Part shown: piece by piece, positions 30,667-45,126 of the stretch
How the letters are laid out: each line of letters starts with the position of its first letter
Numbering within the stretch: position 1 is the first letter of the stretch
Assembly: GCF_009914755.1 (NCBI RefSeq)
Contig: NC_060925.1
DNA length: 64,000 nucleotides
Source: the human T2T-CHM13v2.0 reference genome, Homo sapiens
Direction: 5' to 3' (one strand)
Notes under the pieces: generated by a model
The model's input: only the letters and a program-made list of their open reading frames with translations
Database searches by the model: none
What the model was told of the DNA's origin: nothing
Position numbers and translations under genes: made by a program

Positions 30667-32342
30667 GGCCTGGGCTGGGCTGGGGCTAGGAGGGCAGCAG
30701 GGTGGCCTCTGGGAGGCCAGGATGGCACTGTTGGCACCGAGGTTGGGGGCAGAGGCCCATCTGGCCTGAACTGAGGCTCCAGCATCTAGTGGTGGACCGG
30801 CCGGTCACTGCAGGGGTCTGGTGGTCTCTGCTTGCATCCCCAACTTAGCTGTCCCCTGACCCAGAGCCTAGGGGATCCGGGGCTTGTACAGAAGAGACAG
30901 TCCAAGGGGACTGGATCCCAGCAGTGATGTTGGTTGAGGCAGCAAACAGATGGCAGGATGGGCACTGCCGAGAACAGCATTGGTCCCAGAGCCCTGGGCA
31001 TCAGACCTTAACCACCAGGCCCACAGCCCAGCGAGGGAGAGGTCGTGAGGCCAGCTCCCGGGGCCCCTGTAACCCTACTCTCCTCTCTCCCTGGACCTCA
31101 GAGGTGACACCCATTGGGCCCTTCCGGCATGCCCCCAGTTACTGTAAATGTGGCCCCCAGTGGGCATGGAGCCAGTGCCTGTGGTTGTTTCTCCAGAGTC
31201 AAAAGGGAAGTCGAGGGATGGGGCGTCGTCAGCTGGCACTGTCTCTGCTGCAGCGGCCACACTGTACTCTGCGCTGGTGTGAGGGCCCCTGCCTGGACTG
31301 TGGGACCCTCCTGGTGCTGCCCACCTTCCCTGTCCTGTAGCCCCCTCGGTGGGCCCAGGGCCTAGGGCCCAGGATCAAGTCACTCATCTCAGAATGTCCC
31401 CACCAATCCCCGCCACAGCAGGCGCCTCGGGTCCCAGATGTCTGCAGCCCTCAGCAGCTGCAGACCGCCCCTCACCAACCCAGAGAACCTGCTTTACTTT
31501 GCCCAGGGACTTCCTCCCCATGTGAACATGGGGAACTTCGGGCCCTGCCTGGAGTCCTTGACCGCTCTCTGTGGGCCCCACCCACTCTGTCCTGGGAAAT
31601 GAAGAAGCATCTTCCTTAGGTCTGCCCTGCTTGCAAATCCACTAGCACCGACCCCACCACCTGGTTCCGGCTCTGCACACTTTGGGGTGTGGATGTCGAG
31701 AGGCACCACGGCCTCACCCAGGCATCTGCTTTACTCTGGACCATAGGAAACAAGACCGTTTGGAGGTTTCATCAGGATTTTGGGTTTTTCACATTTCACG
31801 CTAAGGAGTAGTGGCCCTGACTTCCGGTCGGCTGGCCAGCTGACTCCCTAGGGCCTTCAGACGTGTATGCAAATGAGTGATGGATAAGGATGAGTCTTGG
31901 AGTTGCGGGCAGCCTGGAGACTCGTGGACTTACCGCCTGGAGGCAGGCCCGGGAAGGCTGCTGTTTACTCATCGGGCAGCCACGTGCTCTCTGGAGGAAG
32001 TGATAGTTTCTGAAACCGCTCAGATGTTTTGGGGAAAGTTGGAGAAGCCGTGGCCTTGCGAGAGGTGGTTACACCAGAACCTGGACATTGGCCAGAAGAA
32101 GCTTAAGTGGGCAGACACTGTTTGCCCAGTGTTTGTGCAAGGATGGAGTGGGTGTCTCTGCATCACCCACAGCCGCAGCTGTAAGGCACGCTGGAAGGCA
32201 CACGCCTGCCAGGCAGGGCAGTCTGGCGCCCATGATGGGAGGGATTGACATGTTTCAACAAAATAATGCACTTCCTTACCTAGTGGCCCTTCACACAACT
32301 TTTGAATCTCTAAAAATCCATAAAATCCTTAAAGAACTGTAA
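30667..32342 (+). other. TNFRSF8: TNFRSF8 3'UTR (~1.7 kb)
   Basis: Follows the stop codon; end inferred from CATAAA at 32319-32324 and recalled mRNA length. Confidence 0.75.
32319..32324 (+). terminator. Variant poly(A) signal CATAAA of TNFRSF8
   Basis: No AATAAA seen in the UTR; CATAAA lies ~18 nt before the inferred end. Confidence 0.55.
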
Positions 32343-32632
32343 GGCTGAGGACATGATCATCGAAATTGAGAGTATGTTATTAATAGAACCCCTGAGCAGA
32401 AGTGGCTTTGGGAGTCTCCCAGCAGGGCAGGGATTCCCACTGAACCCCCAGGCACTAAGGTGGCCAGTCTCTGGTAGATTGGATACTTCTGGGGCCGGGA
32501 GCCCACTTCCTGCTGGGGCAGTCCTTCTTGTTGCTGGAAGATTTTCCTTATCACTCGAGGCAAATTCTTTCTCCATGTAATTGCCGCTCCCTGGTCCAAA
32601 GGCTGCCCTTTGAGGACACTCAAAGCCACTGT

Positions 32633-32948
<316 letters not shown>

Positions 32949-33080
32949 TCACAAGGCTCCCTTTAGGTATTCGAAGAAAGGTTTCTGGGCCTCCCCATGG
33001 CCTTCCTCCCTCTGGGCTGGGCCGGGCAGCCCCATAGCTTTGGAGAAGGGATTCTCCAAGGAACAGCGTGAGTGCCCAAG

Positions 33081-33155
33081 CCCTGGGAGGCAGGGGGAGG
33101 ACCACAGGTATCTGGGATCCCTGGGAGGCAGGGTGAGGACCACAGGTATCTGGGA
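33081..33155 (+). repeat. 38-bp-period tandem duplication (two copies, one mismatch)
   Basis: ccctgggaggcaggg(g/t)gaggaccacaggtatctggga twice. Confidence 0.92.
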
Positions 33156-35848
33156 GTGTTGGGCTTCAGTGTCTGAGCTGGGAGGAGCCCAGCCTGCCTC
33201 CCTGGGCACAGCTTTGTGGCACTTTAGGGCCAGCCTCCACCCCAGGCAGCCAGCCTGAGGCCTCCTCTGACTGTCTCCTGTGCGAGGTGGAGAACACCCA
33301 CAGCCACAGACAGACCCTGTCCACCCCATCCCCAAGACTCCAGCCCACACCCACACATCAGCCCAGCCATTGAACCAGCCATGCACTCAGTCCAGGAGCC
33401 AGGGTGGATTTCCCCATCCTGCCCAGCGATGAGCGGACCCCTTCTATTCTCTGGCTGTGCTCACGTCCAGGTTGGCAGATGGACAGAGCTCCCTGCTACT
33501 CAAGGTAGCAATTCTCAGGCTGTGACGACACCCCCACACACCTCTTCCTAAACATTTGCGATCAGAGAGGGACAGCAAGTGGTAAGTATCAGATGGAAGC
33601 TGTTGCCTTCAAAGAAAAGCCATTGTTTCCCAAGGCACTTTTGTAGGTGGTAAAAACCATTCTACAGTTCACAGAATCTCCACGGCTCGGGTCAGTCCCT
33701 AAAACGGAACGAGGGGACCTCCCTAGAGCGTCTCTCGCTCCATCACGACCTCACCCTCCAACAGTGAGGTGTAAAAGACCCAAGGCTGGGTCTTGGTCAT
33801 CTTTGTCCCATGGTCACTGGGCACTGATTGGTTGGGCTAAGTAGAAATGAAAACCTGTGTGGGGATGAGAGGCGGCTCTCCAGCCACAGTTCCTCGGGTG
33901 CCTTCTCTCTTCCCCCCACTTCCTCGATCCTCTGCAGTGGGGGGGCAAGTGTGGGGTGGGGGGTGCTTGGGCCAGAATATGTGGGGACATCAGATTCACA
34001 GCCACGGCCCAAGAGAAAAGCTTAGTCAAGGCGAGACTGTTCAGCTTCAAGGGGGGCTCCTTGGGCTGAAGGAGAAGCTGCTGAGGACACCTCAGGCCCC
34101 TGCACCCTCCACCAGGCCCCTCTGCCAGGCACCTCCTCCTAAGCCAGCACCCCATGCTGGCCAAACACCCTGGAACCCTTGCCCCTGGCTGACCCAGGGG
34201 AGCAGGTGTTCAATGTTGGGGCCATGGGTGTGAGCCAGGCACAGGGCAGAGAGGCTTGCCTGCCATTCTCTGCAGCTCAGACACAACAGCAGCGTGCGGA
34301 TGGTGATGGCGCTGCGGGGTCACACACAGGCTCGAATCCCAGCTCTGCCATTTATCAGTTGCATGAGCTTGGCTATGTTCCATGATCTCTTTCAGACTCA
34401 GTTTTCTTGTCTGTGAAATGGGGGTGTCAGTCTCTACCTGACGGGGTTGTGGGGCTTCCCTGACATGCCACTCGGTGTGTGGCTTGTGCTGAGTGGCAGG
34501 TTCTGTCCTTATTCCAGCCTGGTGGCCGCTTGTCAAGAGCGAGCCCTTCCTATGTCTGCAGAATTCAGCCCATCAAGGTTAATCAGAGCTTTCAGGCCAG
34601 CCTGGGAACCTAGCCACCCTTGGGGCCAACTTGCTGTGGGAAGCCCCGCAGTGGGCAGGCCTCTTCTTGTTCTGTGGGCTACCCCAAGAACCCTTCAGAT
34701 CACAGTCATAGGACTGGCTCATTATTCGACGTCTGTAACTCTGGGCATGTCGGCGAAGTGCTGCGGGTCCCTCCGGAGGGACATCTCATTCGTGGTTCTA
34801 GCACATTCCAGATTGCACCACATTACTGTTCAAGGGCTTTCCTCAATTAAAGGGTCTAGCTGCTGAGGACTAGTGGGGCACAGACTTGCTCTCGTGGGTC
34901 CTGTGTCTGGTGGACGGGACAGACGGTGGCGTCATCAAATCAGTACACAAGGTCATTCCAGAGTCAGATCACGCTGTGAACCACAAGGAGTCTGAGCCAG
35001 GTACTGTGGCAGAGTGGGAGGGGAGGGCCACCACTAGCTAGGTGGTCAGGGCAAGCCTCTTTGAGAAGGTGCCCTTTGAACTTGGCCTGAGTGATGTCAC
35101 AAGCCAGCGAGGTCTGGAAGGCAGGGAGCTGAAGTGGGCACACTCCTGCCTCGAGTTTCAGGAAGAACACAGTGGTGGAAGAGGCACGGTGGGCGAGGGA
35201 AAAAAGGAGGTGAGGGGGGAAGGCCTGGGGAGGAGGGCCTGGTGGGCCATTGTGATTAGGCACCTAGATTTTATCATAAAAGTACTGGTCTATGTTTCTT
35301 TCTGTTTTCTTCCTAGTAGAACAATAAACATCCTGGTATTATTTCAGCAATCAGTGAGAAAGGCCAAACCAGGGGCGGCAAAGGTTGTTTTAACCTATTT
35401 TGGAGGGAAGTTGGGGAAACAGGCAGCAGCTGCTGGCAGCCAGGAAGCAGTTAGATGGGTTTTCTCAGAAAGAACTAAGACAGCATTCCTGGTGATGATT
35501 GTAGCTATGGGTAGGGTTAGGAGTCTGCCGGTCTAGCTTCCCCCTTTCTCTGGGTATCTTCCAGAGAGTAAAAACCAAACTGAAAAACCCTGGGAAGCCT
35601 GGAGGCCTTTGTTTGTGTTTTGGTGTGGTGATTGTTTTCCCGGTCATGAGGCAGAGGGATCATTTCAGTATCACAGGGTCAGCGGTGGCCTGTGCTTTTT
35701 ACCCTTTAGCCCTCATGGAGGCAGTGGCCATTTCATGACGGTGGCATGGAGCTGTGGCTTCCGGCTCGACAAGCTCCCAGCTGCTTGGTCCCAAGCAAAG
35801 CCCTTATGTGCGTTCAATGTGGGTTTTCTGGTCTGCAAAATGGACCTA

Positions 35849-36206
<358 letters not shown>

Positions 36207-36687
36207 TCAGTAAATGACAGCCATCAAGAGCAGCATCTTAAGAGCTGAGAGTTCGCCTAGGCCGCATTCTTTGTACATCTGGGCTTCCTAATAGAACCCT
36301 GGACAGTAGATAGGCTGGGTGGCAGCACTCCCTTTTACAAACTGAGGCTCGGGGAGTGGGGGGGAGCGAAGCAACTGGCCCACTGCCACACAGCTGGGAA
36401 GTCCCAGAGCTGGAGTTCAACCCCCAACTTTGTGATTCTAAATCCCTCCCCATGCCCAGGTGGCCTGGCTGCCTCTGTGGTCAGGGGTTGTGTTCATATC
36501 GTGGTCATCCCCTGGCACTATGCCTTCTAGATAAGTTTCCTTTCATCTTCAAGTCACCACAACTGAGAGATAGAATAGAGGCTGATTTTATTCCTCCCTT
36601 TATGGGAAGGCAGGGACAGTTGCAAGAGGCAGGGTAACCTGCCCAAGGTCAAACTCCAGGCTGGGTGTGGCTTTCTGACTGCTCTGA

Positions 36688-37082
<395 letters not shown>

Positions 37083-37564
37083 ATTCTGAGGTCCAGGGAG
37101 ACTCGGGGCTGGGTTGAGTCCAGGGAATCTCTGGGGGAGAACTGCCTGAGAGTGGAATTGCCCTTTCCATCCCCAGTAACACCTCATATCCTGCTCACTG
37201 CCCCACCTGAGGCTCCCTGAAGGAAGACGATCAAGAACAAGCCTCCCATTTTACAGATGGGAAAACTGAGCCCCATAGAGGCAAAGCGGTTTTCCCAGGG
37301 TCCCAGCTTGGTGCTGTGTGATGGAGATAGCTCTAACTGTAGCTGTCAGTTGGGGCTGGGGTAGGGGAAAGTCACTGTCTAGTCCAAGGGAGCAGTAAAG
37401 ATGACATGCTGATTTTCATTCTTCCTTTAAAGAAAAAATCGATGTTAAAAGTAACTGTGGTGAGAGGGTTGGGTTCTTACTTACAAGGCAGCTTTGCAAG
37501 AATAAACAGAGTAGACAAAAATATCCCATCAGCTGGGCTTCTGCAGCTTCACAAGCTACTGATC

Positions 37565-37712
37565 CGTGCAGTCAGAGGGCCCCAGGTTCAGAAGGGCCCT
37601 GGGCTTGGTTTAATGCTCTGCTGTCGCCATCTTGAAAGTGATGAATAATTTTTGGCAAGGGGCCCTGTGTTTTCATTTTTCATGGAGTTCTACAAATTAT
37701 GTAGCTGATCTT
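37565..37712. mobile_element. MER91-like hAT element
   Basis: ggtttaatgctctgctgtcgccatcttgaa ... caaattatgtagct. Confidence 0.65.
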
Positions 37713-37859
37713 GCATGGGGGCAGGGAAATCGTTAATTCAGAATTCACTTAATGCCAAAGCATTTTACCTCCATTGTCATGTGACCTCAGAGGGACCTTA
37801 TAGATGAGCACACATGTCCCCATTTTTAAGAAGTGTTAAATGACCAGTAACTGATGTAA

Positions 37860-38290
37860 CTGTTCCAGTCATCTCTTGCTACATAACAAATCACCTCAAA
37901 ACTTAATAGCTTAAAACAATGGTCATTAATTTTGCTCACAAATCTGCAATGTGGCCTGGACTTAGCAGGGGAGGTGCATCTCGGCTCACATAGTACCAGC
38001 GGGGGTGATGAGATGAGCTGGAGAATCCACCTCCAAGAGGGCTGGCAAATTGGTACTGGCTGTCAGTTTCTCTCTGTGGAGCTTCTTGGGCTTCCTCACA
38101 GCATGGCTGCTGGGTTCCTGGAGCCAACAACTCCGGGGGCAGGAAGTAGAAACTGCCAGCGTCATAAAATTTGACCCCGGAAACTGGCACTGCATCCCCT
38201 TTGCTGCATTCCAGGTAGTCACAGAGCCCAGACTCAAGGGGAGGGGACACAGATCCCACCCCTCGTTAGGAGGAGTGTCAAAGAATCTCG
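37860..38290 (-). mobile_element. MLT1-family LTR
   Basis: acataacaaatcacctcaaaacttaatagcttaaaacaa motif. Confidence 0.7.
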
Positions 38291-41200
38291 AGATCTTATG
38301 TGTCAGCAGGAGCACTTCACATACTGTCTCATTTTAGCCTCTCGGTAATTTTGCCATTATTGTCCTTGGAGTTGGCTCAAGGAAGCTACATAACCTGGTG
38401 GAATCCCAAGTTCCTCTGGCTGGAATTTGGATCCAAGCTGGTCTGTCTCCAGAGTGTGAGCTCTGGACTGAGCAGCTGACCTGTGCATTCAGGGACCCAT
38501 ACAGTCAGAATGTGGCAGGACTGGAAAGCAAGCTCACATCTGTCTGATTAGAGAACATCTGAGCTTGGTACCCATACAAACTAGGCCCTATCTAGTTTTT
38601 AGATAGGGAAATCAAGGCTCTGAGAGGTCTTGCCAGGCCTCTCCTGAGGAAGAGGGCAGGGTCTGGGACCTTCCAGGGCAGGATGGGGCCCCCAACTTGG
38701 GTTGCACAGAACCATGTCAGGAAGTCACATAGAGTTGTGGGTAGATTATGCAAGTACAGGCTGTCGGGAGGGATGTTGTTTTTCACTGCAATTACACTTC
38801 ACTCAGGAAATACAGCTTCTGCACGTACTGAGGGAGGGTTCCTCACCCTGTGCAGAAGACCTCCTGGTGAATACCGGGGCACTCGCTGGGTGACCCTGGG
38901 TCCTCTGGGCCAAGTTCATGCATCGAAAGTTCCCTGAGAAGCTCTTTGTGCCCATCTGGGTTGGGCTTTGACAATAGAGTTGAAGAGGCTTTATTCCTGC
39001 CATGCATGGAGTCACAGGTTAGTAAGAAAGATGATAAGAGCTGTACTTGAGGCTTTCGTGTGCTCTCACTTAAACCTCACAGTGCACTAGGAAGTAGTTA
39101 TTACATTACCCCTATGTTACAGATGAGGAAACCAACACGCAGAGTGGCTAAGCCAGTTCCCCAGGGTCACACAGCTGCTAAGTGGCGCAGCTAGGCTTTG
39201 AACCCAGGCCACCTGGCTGGAGTCTGCGTCCTCACACACTTGGCCATGCTGCTCCATTGTGGCTCAGGCCGAGGTCACCACTGTGCTGAGGCCCCAGCCC
39301 TGAGTCCCAGACCCTGTAGAACACTGTGCAGGCATCCATGGGGCTCAGTGAATGCACAGGGAATGGAATTTGCTCTTGGTTTTTATCCCACCTTTCCTTT
39401 CCAAAGCCCAGCTGTGGCCAGGCCTCTCCCTCACAGAACCTTCTATGACTCCCTAGTGCCTACATGCCAATGTCTGCCAATCCAGCTTTGCTGCTACCTC
39501 CACAGCTCCCATATCTAAACCTCTCCTGAGACCCGACTGTTTCCGCTCAGTCACCAAATACAGAGGGCATATCCTCATCATGAAATCTCTGCTCAGCGCT
39601 CCAACCCCTGAATTTCCAACCTCATCTTTCTCCTCCTCCTCCAAAAACCCTTCCAGGACACCCAGGCCCAGGACCTCCAAGCTCCCACAGCACTGACTGT
39701 GAAGGGGGACTGGAGGCCAAGTTCTAGAAGTCTTGCAAAAAATATCTCTGAAGAAATGCATTCATTCATTCATACAGCCACTCATTTAGTCACTCAAGCA
39801 ACAGATCTGTATGTAACACCTACTATGTGTTGGGCACTGTGCTTGGCGCTGGGGAACACAGTGAAGTGGGGCAGTGGCGGGGATATACAGTACTGCTCTC
39901 AGGGAGTCACAGTCCAACTGGGAGACCAACCTAGAGTCTGGTCATGGCCTAGAGCATGATATTTGCTTTGATGGAGAGCAGCTTGGGGTTCATGACCCTA
40001 GTGGATGGCACCTAGCCCAGATGGAGGCAGGTCTCTGCTTTCCCCTCTGTAGAATGGGTTTAATAAGAGCACCTACCCCAAAGAGATGTTGTAAGGATTA
40101 ATTTCATCCATTAATTTGTTCAATAAATATTTGTCAAGCTCAAACTCCGTGCTGGGGTGCTGGGGACACACAGCCCTGCCCTCTGCAGAGTGACAAGAAA
40201 GAGTATTTGGGATAACATTGACTGGTGGTAATTGCTGTAAAGAAAAAAAGAAAGTGGTGTGTAGGCCCTCAGTGTGGTGAGGTGTGTAGCCAGGGCTTGG
40301 GGATGTAGCACCTGCTGTACAAAGGTCTGGGAGAATGTAGCGATTCAGGGTGTGCAGGGGGAAGTGAGTAGTTATGATCATGAGTCTGTGGTAGACATCG
40401 CCCCATCCTTGCATTTGCATCTCTAGGTTTCTACAGAAGAAAGGGGGCAAGGTGATGGAGAGAATTTCATGGGCGGAAATTGTTCTACAGGAGCTGGGGA
40501 GGTAGGCTGGCAGGGCTGAGCCGGCTACTTGGTGGGAGGTTGCAACAGCCTCAGGACGGGTGGAGGACTGCAGGGGAACTGGAGCCCAAGGGGGTTTCCT
40601 TCCAGGGTGAAGGGGAAAAGCAAGGCTGGGCACTTTGGGAACTTCTCAGGGAAACCCTCTCCTGTACCCTAGGGGACCTGGGCTCCATTCTGGAAAGGCA
40701 GAATACATGACCACCATCACGTTTTGGGTCTGCACTCATTAAGCACTTACTAGATGCCAGGCACTGTAGAGTCTCCATCTCAGATCCTTACAGCACCCCT
40801 GTAAAGCAGAGGCTATTTATCCCCATTCTACAGATGAAGAAATGGAGGCTCAGGGAGGTAAAGTGATTTGTCCAAGGTCATGGTTGCGTACCAGTCAATG
40901 GCCTGAACAGAGACTTGAACCCAGGTCTAGGTGATGGCAAAGTTGATGCTATTTCTCCTTTTGATATACCCCAACTGTCTAAAGCAACCCTTTTTTTTGC
41001 TAGGCTTCTTGGTGTTTGAAAATTTACCACTCATTCCTAGGAGCTAAAGGTTCCTGGGTTCCTCCTTGGGGCACATGTCTAGGAGCAGGATCTCGATCTG
41101 GTGGCAGAGGGGCAGCAGCTGCTCCGTCTGGCATACAGTAGGTGCTCAGTAAGTCTGCGGGGCAGGCAGGACAAGCCTGGGTTGGAAGGAGGTCCAGTTT

Positions 41201-42030
41201 CTTGGGAGTGAGAGCCTCAAGACCAACTTCACCTGAAGGACAAACGAGAGGTGGCCGAATCACTGCCAGCTACTTCAAGAAGCCCCTAGGACACTCCAGC
41301 CAAGGTGCCTTGGTCCCTTTTCTAAGTCGCCTGCCCACCCTGCCCAAGCTCCTGCGGGGAGTGTGCCCACTGTGACTCATCCACGCCCAGCCCTGCCCAG
41401 CTCTCACTGGGGCAGCGGTAGGCACACATACTCGTAAAAGTCTGAATAAGTGAAGACTGGGAAATTGCACCAGGGAAAAACTACTTATTTCTTCCTCTTT
41501 TGAATTGGGGAGGGGAAATGTTGCGGGGGAAATGAGGTCAGTGACGTGGTGAGCATTTCATGCTCCTTACTGATGAGCAGAGGGCCGGTATCACGTGCTG
41601 CCTTCCTAGGGAGGGCTGGGTAGTGCGTCAAGGAAATGGGCCCAGAGCTGTGTCTCGTCCAGTCTAGCAGGAAACTGCCCATCTCACTGTGTCACTCCCT
41701 TCTCTGTCCTTGCTCTAAGCCTCTACCCTGACTGCCCTTGCTCTGAGCTGAAATCTCACTAATGAGAAAAAAATGTGCTGGTTTATGCCTCTGTGGGCTG
41801 GCTGGGCTGGTAGGTCCCAGGGGGCAGCATGGCCTGGAGGAAACCGAGTGCACGGGGCAAGGATGATGTGCACGAGTGGTATGTGACTCCCAGGGCTCAC
41901 AGCCTCATGCAGCCCCTCCCTCTGAGAGTATAGATGGGGAAACTGAGGCCTGAGAAGGCGAGAGATGTGCCTGAGGTCACACAGAGAATCCGTGGCCCTC
42001 AGCACAAGCACCCAGTTTGCTGGTACTTTA

Positions 42031-42450
<420 letters not shown>

Positions 42451-42502
42451 TTAAAAAAAAAAAAAATTGCACACAATCCCATCATCCATGAAACTCCTTT
42501 AA

Positions 42503-42895
<393 letters not shown>

Positions 42896-44072
42896 TATTT
42901 ATTGAATTTTCTAGAGATAGGGTCTTGATCTATTGCCCTAGAGCTGGGATCTAGATCCAGAGAACCAGCAATCTGAGAAAGCTGTTACCTCTCCAGCCTA
43001 AGATTTCATTTGAAAGCGTTTCATGGCTGGAAGTGTCTTTGAGAATCTTTGGTTTAGCTCATTCCAGTGCTTTTTCTCCAATGCCAGACCACCTGCAGCC
43101 AGGGCAAGAGAACCCCGTGGGCTGGAGAGATCCTGGAGGGCGTTAAGGAGGCAGTGGGGTTGCAGCTGAGCCATTAAAGACGACAATTCAGCATCAGGAA
43201 TGGGAAGGGGTCCTGTTTCATTGTGGGGGATTGTTTGTATCTGAACTGCCTGGGGGTCTAGGTGGGAGACCTCTGGGGAGGGCTTTGGAGGAAGCATCTG
43301 GGGAAGGTGAGGTGAAGACAGGCTCAGGAAAGCTGTTTGCCTTAGGAGAGGCCAGAGGGAGATAGGACAGGTGAGGCCTTTGCAGCCTGGCTGGGCTGCC
43401 GGCAGACCTAGGGCTGGCTGGCTCAGGGTGAGCATAGACTGCCGGTGATGGAGCAATGGAGGATGGAGCTAGAGGCTCCTGATAATTCACCCTTTTCCAA
43501 GGGCCAGCCCTGGAGAAAGGCTTGTGTTCAGAGCGCATGAAGAACCCCAGGTTCTCCCTCTGTGAAGTGGAACCTCTTTGTGTTGAGTGACACAACTGCA
43601 CTAGCAGTGCTTGCCTTGGGGCCTGGCAAATCCTTCATGAAACAGAGGTTTGAGATTATAATGAGATTTACTGTAGAGAGATGTGTCCTGTTTTCTGTGT
43701 CTGCACTCTGCTGGCTGTGTGGACTGGGGGGAGTTGCTTAAAGTGGTCTATAAAATAGAATGATCAGGCCCTGCCACTGGGCTTGCCTGGAGTTAGTGTG
43801 AATGTCAAATGGGGGCCTAGGTAGGGAGGTGACAGGTTAGGGAGGGACGCTGACACCTTTCATCCCTGCCACACCTGAACACCCAGAGAAAAGTGAAAAC
43901 TATTAAAAGACACAAAGAAGCTCTGAACAGATGAAGCGTATGCCATGTTCGTGGATGGGATAAATTAATGTTGCACAGATGTCAGTTCTCCCAATTCACC
44001 TATCAACTCAGTGAAATCTCAATTAAATCACAGCTGGAGTTGTGCAAATGGATTTAAACATGTATGTGGAAG

Positions 44073-44372
<300 letters not shown>

Positions 44373-44717
44373 GGTATGAGGGAGCATAAAAACCAAATAT
44401 AATTTAGTCCATTTTGAAAACAGAGTGCAAACAAGGGAAATTCACTCTACCAAATACTAAATGTTCTCTAAAGCTATAATAATAAAAACCATACGAAACT
44501 AGCCCAGGAACAAAAGGCCAGTGGAACAGAATAGATCGTTCAGCGATAGACCCAGGTACTTACGATACAGAATGAAGGGATGGACTCTTGGGCTGATGGG
44601 GTTGGAAAGACTGGCTCATTCTATGGAGAGAAATAAAGGTGGCTCCCTAAACCTTACACCCCATATACAATCCTGATTATTAAAGACTTGGATGTGAGAT
44701 GGAAAATTATAAAGCTA

Positions 44718-45126
<409 letters not shown>

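Noticed and set aside
30795-30806. 12-bp palindrome GACCGGCCGGTC (and GGATCTAGATCC near 42947)
   Set aside because: Palindromes of this length are expected by chance in 64 kb
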